This document shows, piece by piece, positions 1-5,873 of a stretch of 33,230 nucleotides of DNA; the first letter of the stretch is position 1; every line of letters begins with the position of its first letter. This DNA comes from a virus. A program made the position numbers and the translations under genes. A model generated the notes under the pieces. It had not been told where the DNA came from. It was given only the letters and a program-made list of their open reading frames with translations, and made no database searches. The stretch lies in the IMG/VR virus record IMGVR_UViG_3300032271_000509, positions 1 through 33,230 of that record; one strand, written 5' to 3'.

Positions 1-123
1 ACGAGCTGGCCAACCGCTGCGACGACGCGCACAGCACGGCCCATGACGAATACCCGTGGGAGGCCGCATGAACGACTTTCGTCCCGCTTGGTACGTCCAA
101 GAGCTTGATCGGCTTGAGTCGCT
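1..123. repeat. Terminal direct repeat, identical to 33108-33230 (assembly circularisation overlap or true terminal redundancy)
   Basis: Base-by-base comparison of the first and last 123 nt found them identical. Confidence 0.95.
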
Positions 124-229
124 CAAAGAGCGCCCACAAGACAGGACATGGGGCCACCCAGTCGACGCGCTGCTGGCCGTCGGGCTGGTTGTTGTGGTGG
201 CGTGCTTGGCGTTGGGTGTGTTTGCATGA
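68..229 (+). CDS. Small tail-anchored membrane protein (53 aa), below the ORF-track cutoff
   Basis: The ATG at 68 overlaps the TGA of the preceding acidic-protein ORF (ATGA). The C-terminus LLAVGLVVVVACLALGVFA is a TM helix. Its stop overlaps the next ATG at 226 (ATGA). Confidence 0.6.
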   Translation: MNDFRPAWYVQELDRLESLKERPQDRTWGHPVDALLAVGLVVVVACLALGVFA

Positions 230-429
230 TCCGCCGCACCGAACCCACCAAGAGCTTGCTGCAGGGCTGCAAGTACAACAACAGCGACCACACCGACATT
301 CGCGCCACGTTCAAGAAGGCGCGTGAGACGGCTGAGGATTTCCGCAACGCTTACCGCCTGCTGGCGCAGCACTACCCCACCACCTACGCAGTTCAGCGCG
401 CCGCTGAGATTGCACTGAGGAAAACATGA
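226..429 (+). CDS. Hypothetical early protein (67 aa)
   Basis: In frame with track ORF 148-429. The start at 226 was chosen because of its ATGA overlap with the upstream stop. The stop overlaps the erf start (ATGA at 426). Confidence 0.6.
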   Translation: MIRRTEPTKSLLQGCKYNNSDHTDIRATFKKARETAEDFRNAYRLLAQHYPTTYAVQRAAEIALRKT

Positions 430-965
430 AAGCCATCTACACCGCCTTCGTTGCGGCTCAGGCCAGCTTTGCGCCCGCGCTCAAGACCAACACCAACCCG
501 CATTTCAAGTCGCGCTACGTCGGCCTAGACGGCTGCATTGAGGCCGTGCTTGATGCACTCAACAACAACGGCATTGGCCTGCTGCAGCCTACGCATGAGT
601 GCGCAGACGGCGTGACGGTTGAGACGCTGTTCGTCCACACCAGCGGCGAGTCCATGAGCGGCGGCAAGCTGCATGTGCCGGCCAGTAAAAACGACGCCCA
701 AGGCTATGGCTCGGCGCTTACTTACGCACGCAGATATTCGCTCATGGCGGCTTGTGGGATTGCGCCCGAAGACGACGACGCCAACGCTGCGTGCCGGCCT
801 GCTGCAAAGCCTGTTGCCAAGCCCAACAAACACATCAGCGAGTTGAAGTTGATCAGCTCGCGCGCTGAGCTCATTGAGCTTTACAAGTCGCTGCCCGAGC
901 ACATCCAAGCCGAGCTCAAGCAGGAATTCAGCCTGCGCAGCGCCGAACTGGAGGCCACAGCATGA
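426..965 (+). CDS. erf: ERF-family single-strand annealing recombinase
   Basis: The N-terminal region (FKSRYVGLD...) and the motif GSALTYARRYSLMAACGI are typical of P22 Erf-type proteins. Confidence 0.8.
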   Translation: MKAIYTAFVAAQASFAPALKTNTNPHFKSRYVGLDGCIEAVLDALNNNGIGLLQPTHECADGVTVETLFVHTSGESMSGGKLHVPASKNDAQGYGSALTYARRYSLMAACGIAPEDDDANAACRPAAKPVAKPNKHISELKLISSRAELIELYKSLPEHIQAELKQEFSLRSAELEATA

Positions 966-1666
966 ACAACATCTTCCTCGACATTGAAACCATCCCCTGC
1001 CAGCGAGCCGACATCAAAGCCGACATGCTCGCCGCGGTCAAGGCGCCGGCCACCTACAAAAAGGCCGAGTCCATCGACGCCTGGCTGGCCGAGAACCGCG
1101 AGGCCGAGGCTGAAGCCGCCTTGCTCAAGACGTCATTCGACGGCGGACTAGGCCAGATCGTTTGCCTCAGTTGGGCCATGGACGAAGGCGACACCCGCTG
1201 CCTCATCGTGTCGGATCTGAGCCCTGAGTCAGAACGCGCGCTGCTTGAGGTTTGGATTCAAGACATGGACGAGCTGCGCAAGAAGCGCAACTACAACGCG
1301 CCGCGATTCATCGGCCACAACGTCGCGGGCTTTGACTTGCCATTTGTCTGGAAGCGCTGCGTGGTGTTGGGCCTGCGCCCGCCAGCCTGGCTGCCACACC
1401 ACCCGAAACCGTGGGGCGGTGAGGTGTTCGACACCATGACCGAGTGGGCCGGGCTCAAGGACCGGATCAGTCTCGACAGGCTGTGCAAGGTGCTTGGGCT
1501 GCACGGCAAAGACGACATCACGGGCGCTGACGTGTGGCCCTACGTCCAGGCCGGCCGACTGGACGAGGTGGCCGAGTACTGCCGCCAAGACGTGCGCCGG
1601 GTGCGCGAGATCTACCAGCGCATGACCTTCTCAAACGAATCTACCAACCTGAAAGAAGCAGCATGA
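962..1666 (+). CDS. DnaQ/PolB-exo-like 3'-5' exonuclease (RNase H fold)
   Basis: IFLDIETIP (ExoI), IGHNVAGFDLPFVWKR (ExoII) and YCRQDVRRVREIY (ExoIII-like). ATGA overlap with erf. Confidence 0.75.
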   Translation: MNNIFLDIETIPCQRADIKADMLAAVKAPATYKKAESIDAWLAENREAEAEAALLKTSFDGGLGQIVCLSWAMDEGDTRCLIVSDLSPESERALLEVWIQDMDELRKKRNYNAPRFIGHNVAGFDLPFVWKRCVVLGLRPPAWLPHHPKPWGGEVFDTMTEWAGLKDRISLDRLCKVLGLHGKDDITGADVWPYVQAGRLDEVAEYCRQDVRRVREIYQRMTFSNESTNLKEAA

Positions 1667-1920
1667 CTCAGTACGACAACACCAACCGCGGCATCTTGGG
1701 CCGAAACGACCGCAAGGAACCCGGCAGCAGCATGCCCGACTTCACCGGCAACTTGAACGTGGGCGGCGTCGAGTATTGGCTTGATGCTTGGACGACTCAT
1801 CGCAAAGACGGCTCTGGCTCGTTTTTCAGCGTCAAGGTGAAGCCAAAGGACGCACCTAAAACAGCACCAGCACGCCAGCAGGCCAGCGGCCCTAACGACG
1901 CCGACGACTTTCCGTTCTGA
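1663..1920 (+). CDS. Atypical small SSB-like protein (85 aa) with an SSB-type acidic C-terminal tip
   Basis: ATGA-coupled start at 1663 inside track ORF 1534-1920. It ends ...NDADDFPF, which resembles the DDDIPF tip of bacterial SSB. It sits directly after the recombinase and exonuclease. Confidence 0.5.
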   Translation: MTQYDNTNRGILGRNDRKEPGSSMPDFTGNLNVGGVEYWLDAWTTHRKDGSGSFFSVKVKPKDAPKTAPARQQASGPNDADDFPF

Positions 1921-1922
1921 GC

Positions 1923-2120
1923 ATGAGCACCGAAACCATTCAAGAGGCGATTCACTGGCATGAAGGCCTGCCGCCCAACGACAACATGGTTGTGGTGGCG
2001 CGCAGCCGGGGCGACTGGGCGGCAGCTTGGTATGACTTTAGCGCCGGCCGCTGGCGTGACGTGAAATACCAAATCCTCGGCGACGTTACGCACTGGGCTG
2101 AGATTAGGGGGCCGCAATGA
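1923..2120 (+). CDS. DUF551-like small protein
   Basis: The pattern W..GLPP......VV.....G.W.AAWYD...G.W.......VTHWAEI matches DUF551 as remembered. Confidence 0.55.
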   Translation: MSTETIQEAIHWHEGLPPNDNMVVVARSRGDWAAAWYDFSAGRWRDVKYQILGDVTHWAEIRGPQ

Positions 2121-2329
2121 ACTCAGAAACCATCCGCTGGATCATGGCCGACAGCGTCAAGCCCGACGACGCCGAGACGGTTCTCGTGGCCCTTACCGAG
2201 CCCGACAGCGATCCAGTTTGCGCAGCTTGGTACGACACCGCCAACACTGAGTGGCGCTGCGCCATCAGCAACGTGCTGCTGGGCCAGGCTGTCAGTTACT
2301 GGGCACCGATGCCACGGGGGCCGATGTGA
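2117..2329 (+). CDS. DUF551-like small protein (tandem paralog)
   Basis: ...VLVAL....D.PVCAAWYD....EW........VSYWAPMPRGP. ATGA overlap with the upstream paralog. Confidence 0.55.
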   Translation: MNSETIRWIMADSVKPDDAETVLVALTEPDSDPVCAAWYDTANTEWRCAISNVLLGQAVSYWAPMPRGPM

Positions 2330-2535
2330 TTGTCTGGCACCAGGCCCACCGCGCGGCCCAACTGGTGGCAGCCGTCAAGCCTGGCGCTCGTGAGGACACC
2401 ATTTGCATGGTGCTGCGCGACATGGGCTATCGACTGACGCAGCCGGTGCCGGCCGAGGCGCTGTATGACTTGACGAAGCTGGCCGTGTGGGTGCGGCTGC
2501 ATGCGAGGGCACTGAAACAGGAGGAGCAGACGTGA
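2326..2535 (+). CDS. Hypothetical protein (69 aa, GTG start)
   Basis: GTGA overlap with the upstream stop at 2326-2329. In frame with track ORF 2251-2535. Confidence 0.5.
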   Translation: MIVWHQAHRAAQLVAAVKPGAREDTICMVLRDMGYRLTQPVPAEALYDLTKLAVWVRLHARALKQEEQT

Positions 2536-2819
2536 TCAAGACATGGAACGAACGGTGCCAAGAACATCCGGATCACCAGACGGGCATGGTGAGCAACACC
2601 ATGATTCAAGCAAGGATGGAGGAGGAGATTGACGAACTCCGAGCCGCCCTCGCGCAGCCTGAGCGCAAGCCGCTGACAAAGCGGCAGATTCTTGAAGAGT
2701 TGGGCTTGGGCTCAATTGATGTGGAATTTGTTCGCATGGTTGAGCGCGCCCATGGAATCGGGGATTTATCAAATTTATTTGAGGCGGATAAAGCAGACAG
2801 CGAAGGGGGTGAGGTGTGA
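2532..2819 (+). CDS. Hypothetical protein (95 aa, GTG start)
   Basis: GTGA overlap at 2532-2535. In frame with track ORF 2487-2819. Confidence 0.5.
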   Translation: MIKTWNERCQEHPDHQTGMVSNTMIQARMEEEIDELRAALAQPERKPLTKRQILEELGLGSIDVEFVRMVERAHGIGDLSNLFEADKADSEGGEV

Positions 2820-3025
2820 TTGAAACGATGAACGTCACAGAGATCGCCGCGTTGGTGCGGATGAAGCGCACGACGGTTGCTGAGCAGCTCATCAAGCGCC
2901 CCGATTTTCCTAAACCTTGGTTCGGCCGCTGCGCGAAGCATCGGCTGTGGAGAACGGAAGACGTGCTGGCCTGGGTGACTCAAGGTCAGAGCCGCGACGC
3001 GATGTCCTCTGACGATGTCCGGTAG
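2816..3025 (+). CDS. xis: Excisionase / AlpA-type helix-turn-helix DNA-binding protein
   Basis: The pattern MNVTEIAALVRMKRTTVAEQLIKRPDFPKP...WRTEDVLAWV is typical of AlpA/Xis-type HTH proteins. It is convergent with the integrase and overlaps its 3' end. Confidence 0.7.
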   Translation: MIETMNVTEIAALVRMKRTTVAEQLIKRPDFPKPWFGRCAKHRLWRTEDVLAWVTQGQSRDAMSSDDVR

Positions 3026-3957
3026 TAGTGGTTCAAGAGCACCCGCAGATCCTTGTGGCCGCTGATGCGTGCCAGCTCGAAGGCGTCGACCTTCTTGCTC
3101 ATGCGCGTCAGGGCGTGCGCCCGGGCGTCGTGGAAGTGGGTGTCCTTGATCTGCAGCGAATCTCGAGCCTTGCGGAAGACCGCATCGAGCGTGGCGCTGC
3201 CGATCGTGAAGCCAGGGAAGCGGCGCAGCAGCGCCTGGGTGCGCCGTGAGATGGGAATCTTGCGGGGCTTGCCGGTGCGGTACTCCATCTTGTGGTGCAC
3301 CGTCGCCACCGAGCCCGACACCGTGGCCGGCCCGAGTTGCAGCACCTCGCCAGCGCGCATGCCGGTGCGCAGACTGAGCAGATAGGCAAAGGCCACCTCG
3401 GCCTGCTTGGATGTTGGCAGCCGGCCCGTGAAGTGCCCCAGCCAGCGCAAGATGCGGCGGATTTCAGACGAGGTGGGCAGCTGGTCTCTGGGCGGGTTGT
3501 CGCCTGGCGACTGCATGCCGGCAAACGGCGAGTCGCCCATCCACCGCCACTCATCACGAGCTTTGGTGAACACATGGCTGATCAGGTTCAGCTCACGCTG
3601 CACGGTGCCCTTGCTTACCGTCTTGAGTCTGGCATCGCGCCAGGCCACCATGTCTTGCGTCGTGAGCTTGTGGATCACTTTCCCGCACAGTGCGGGAAAA
3701 TCCCGCACCAGCGCTTCGATGCGCAATTGCTCCCAGCGTTGGCCTGCCTTGGTGCTGCTCACATCGCTGGCGTATTTGGCAAGTGCCTCAGCAAACGTGC
3801 GTTTTGGAAACACACCGCGTTTGGCTGCCAACAGTGCAGCTTCTTCTCGAATGCCCCAGCTCGTCGCGTCTGCTTTGGTGGCAAAGACGGCCGACATGCG
3901 AACGCCGTTGCGCTCAATTTCGACTCTGTACTTGTCTTTGAGCTTCCTGACGTACAC
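2986..3957 (-). CDS. int: Tyrosine recombinase / phage integrase
   Basis: Box I is LSLRTGMRAGEV, box II is HFHDARAHALT...GHKDLRVLLNHYYR (R..H-x-x-R..H..Y catalytic pattern). The N-terminus is an SAM-like domain. Confidence 0.9.
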   Translation of the reverse strand: MYVRKLKDKYRVEIERNGVRMSAVFATKADATSWGIREEAALLAAKRGVFPKRTFAEALAKYASDVSSTKAGQRWEQLRIEALVRDFPALCGKVIHKLTTQDMVAWRDARLKTVSKGTVQRELNLISHVFTKARDEWRWMGDSPFAGMQSPGDNPPRDQLPTSSEIRRILRWLGHFTGRLPTSKQAEVAFAYLLSLRTGMRAGEVLQLGPATVSGSVATVHHKMEYRTGKPRKIPISRRTQALLRRFPGFTIGSATLDAVFRKARDSLQIKDTHFHDARAHALTRMSKKVDAFELARISGHKDLRVLLNHYYRTSSEDIASRL

Positions 3958-4229
3958 GGTGCGGGATTCTGTGCGAGCCCTGTGCGGGCGGAAGCATCAG
4001 GATACGCCGTTTAGAGTCCGGTTTTATCCGGTTTTCTCCGTACTGTTTACCGAGCTACAGCCTATGAAAACGGGCCAGAACCAGAATCGTCGTGGTGCCT
4101 CGGGTCGGAATCCGTAGCACCTATGAAAAGAGCGACAAATGCGGGATTGGTGCGGGCCAGCGTTTCCCGAGGAGCCATTGTGCGGGAAAAACTAGCCGGC
4201 TACCCGTTACGGCTGGCCGGCTTGCCGTA
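3958..4229. other. Non-coding attP-type region with clustered short repeats
   Basis: This is the only sizeable gap next to int. TGCGGG(A/C) occurs 5 times (3959, 3982, 4139, 4150, 4180). CCTATGAAAA occurs at 4061 and 4130. There is a tandem GTTTT(A/C)TCCG at 4021-4040. Confidence 0.55.
4184..4222 (-). terminator. Intrinsic terminator at the end of the late/lysis operon
   Basis: On the minus strand, AGCCGGC-15 nt-GCCGGCT is followed by AGTTTTTCC, immediately after the lipoprotein ORF stop. Confidence 0.6.
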
Positions 4230-4364
4230 TCAAGCCGCAGCCATAGCGTGCTCAGGCACGCAGATCAAATATTGACCGAGCTGGTGACACTCGTACAGCT
4301 CCCCCGGCTCCTCCAGCACCGCCGCTGCACACCCGGCTAGCAGTAGCGGGATGAGCCATTTCAT
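4230..4364 (-). CDS. Small lipoprotein (44 aa), o-spanin-like candidate, below the ORF-track cutoff
   Basis: ATGA overlap with the stop of ORF 4361-4924. The sequence MKWLIPLLLAGC has a lipobox (LAGC). It is the last gene of the lysis cassette. Confidence 0.55.
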   Translation of the reverse strand: MKWLIPLLLAGCAAAVLEEPGELYECHQLGQYLICVPEHAMAAA

Positions 4365-4924
4365 TTGATGGCAGGCGCTTGCGACAGCAACTCAGTTTTC
4401 TGTGCCGAGCCGCTGCTGCTGCCGTAGTGGTAGGCCAAAACCATCAGGCACACCGAATCCAACAGCCCAAGCACGCGGCCAACGATCAACGGCGGCAGGT
4501 GATCCGGCAGGCCGTTGAACAGCACCCACACCTCGCTGCCTAGGCACAGCGCCAGCAGCGTGATGGACAGCGCAAACACGCCCCGCGCCGTGCCGCCGGC
4601 CACGTTGTTTTTGCGCGCTGAGTCCCTATCGTTGGCGTCGGTGGCTGCGAGCGCCACGTTGGCCTCAATTACCTTTTCGGCGTGCGCGTACACCATTGCC
4701 TGCAGCTTGACGGCGTTGTCAGACTCGTACTGCGCCAACTTAAGTGCTAGGGCTGGATCAGCCACGGCAGCGGCCACAGCGGCGGGTGTGGGCTCGCTGC
4801 CCAACGCGCTTGCCACGAGGCCGCCAACAGCGGCGCCAGCCGGGCCAGCCAGCAACGTGCCAACGAGAGGCGCGGCTTTGCCGACGGCGGCTGCAATGTC
4901 AGACCAATTCACTGCCATGGCCAC
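4361..4924 (-). CDS. Holin-like membrane protein (GTA_holin_3TM / DUF3154-like)
   Basis: Gly/Ala-rich N-terminus, a D..SAR motif, C-terminal TM helices, and a YHYGSSSGSAQK tail as in that family. It sits next to the endolysin. Confidence 0.6.
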   Translation of the reverse strand: MAMAVNWSDIAAAVGKAAPLVGTLLAGPAGAAVGGLVASALGSEPTPAAVAAAVADPALALKLAQYESDNAVKLQAMVYAHAEKVIEANVALAATDANDRDSARKNNVAGGTARGVFALSITLLALCLGSEVWVLFNGLPDHLPPLIVGRVLGLLDSVCLMVLAYHYGSSSGSAQKTELLSQAPAIK

Positions 4925-5334
4925 ACCCCCCCTTTGTCGATGACGAGCGCTTGCCTGCGCTGTCGGTTGCTAAAGCTGATGTGAACCCAGCGGCCAAACT
5001 CAAGGATCACCTGGTCAAACATGAGCTGCGATGACACGATCCGGGCGACGATCTGCTCAGGCGTGCCGAACTGCGGCGCGGTGAAGTCGGCCGCCTCGCC
5101 CTTGCAATGCTGGCTGTTGGCTTGGCCTTTGACGGCAGCATTCAGCGCTAGCGAGCGGTAGCCAGACGAAATGTGCAGCGGAGCACCCAGCAGCACCCTG
5201 ACAGCCTCGAGGCCGGTGCAGGTGTGTTTAAGCGTCTCAAGCACGTCGGCCGGTGGGGTGTTGTCGATGCCAAGCCGGGTGGCGGTGTCGGACGCGGTCA
5301 GCTCGTCCAGGCTGAAGTTAGGCGAGAGCATCAT
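4909..5334 (-). CDS. Endolysin, peptidase M15 (D-Ala-D-Ala carboxypeptidase / L-Ala-D-Glu peptidase fold)
   Basis: FSLDELT......LGIDN.P, SGYRS..LN, and S.H..GEAADF, a zinc-ligand pattern typical of M15 endolysins. Confidence 0.8.
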   Translation of the reverse strand: MMLSPNFSLDELTASDTATRLGIDNTPPADVLETLKHTCTGLEAVRVLLGAPLHISSGYRSLALNAAVKGQANSQHCKGEAADFTAPQFGTPEQIVARIVSSQLMFDQVILEFGRWVHISFSNRQRRQALVIDKGGVWPWQ

Positions 5335-5564
5335 TTGTCGGCCTTGTTGTCAATGCGATCAAACAGCCGCGTCAGCATGTCTTTGATCTCTTTGATGTCG
5401 TCGCGGTAGTCGTCGCGCGCAACGTAGGTCTTCGGCAGCTCTTCGCGCAACTTGGCGAGGTCGGCTTTGAGTTCCTTGACCGCAGCCCACAGCTCGCGGG
5501 CAAACCATCCGGTGGCTGATGACACAACCGCAAGCGCAGCGTTGATGAGGTTCTGAGAATCCAT
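5331..5564 (-). CDS. Small membrane-anchored coiled-coil protein (lysis-cassette component; i-spanin-like or holin accessory)
   Basis: N-terminal TM helix (LINAALAVVSSATGWF) followed by a charged heptad-like region. ATGA overlap with the endolysin start. Confidence 0.55.
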   Translation of the reverse strand: MDSQNLINAALAVVSSATGWFARELWAAVKELKADLAKLREELPKTYVARDDYRDDIKEIKDMLTRLFDRIDNKADK

Positions 5565-5567
5565 TCG

Positions 5568-5873
5568 TTACCTCAATTTAAAAAAAATGGCTGCGCCGAT
5601 CACCCAGGCGATAGGCAGCGCAAGGTTCCAAAAAGCGTTGTGGAAATTCCAGACGCTGGGATCAAATGCGTTCCACCAATGTAGGTTTTCGCGTTTTCCA
5701 TTGCCAAACTGATATATCCATCGGTATTCAGCCTGGGCCTGCTCGCGCCCGATCCACAGCGCGGCGCAGACTGCTGCACCGGCCCACCAGTTGCCGGTGA
5801 GCGAGCCAATCACTGCTTGGAGGCAGATGGAGATCAGGAGGTGCTCTAGGTTGTTCATATTGATCACCAGCAC
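5568..5873 (-). CDS. Membrane protein (holin or lysis-regulator candidate)
   Basis: At least two or three hydrophobic helices. First gene of the lysis block. An alternative ATG start at 5858 would avoid overlap with the tailspike. Confidence 0.55.
   Translation of the reverse strand: MLVINMNNLEHLLISICLQAVIGSLTGNWWAGAAVCAALWIGREQAQAEYRWIYQFGNGKRENLHWWNAFDPSVWNFHNAFWNLALPIAWVIGAAIFFKLR

Noticed and set aside
1-123. Terminal repeat as an insertion sequence, LTR or duplicated gene fragment
   Set aside because: It is simply the same coding sequence continued across the contig ends, with no inverted repeats or transposase. It is interpreted as circular closure or permutation.
148-347. ORFs 105-326 (+), 123-347 (-) and the 148-225 extension of ORF 148-429
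   Set aside because: They overlap the better-supported coupled ORFs 68-229 and 226-429. Their translations are Arg/Trp/Gly-rich with no features.
1534-1662. N-terminal extension of ORF 1534-1920 overlapping the exonuclease gene by 130 nt
   Set aside because: The extension is Arg/Pro/Gly-rich out-of-frame read-through of the exonuclease 3' end. An ATG at 1663 in ATGA overlap with the exonuclease stop gives a sensible start.
3028-4117. Several long + strand ORFs (3028-3249, 3053-3385, 3292-4014, 3407-4117, 3690-3941) and a - strand alternative-frame ORF (3108-3575) overlapping the integrase gene
   Set aside because: They are shadow ORFs of a G+C-rich gene. Their translations are Arg/Ala/Pro-rich with no motifs, whereas the 2986-3957 frame has the full tyrosine-recombinase signature.
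4090-4135. Possible tRNA 3' fragment (GGTCGGAATCC, TΨC-loop-like) as the attP core
   Set aside because: The T-loop differs from GGTTCGAATCC at two positions. No complementary T-stem or acceptor stem could be paired on either strand.
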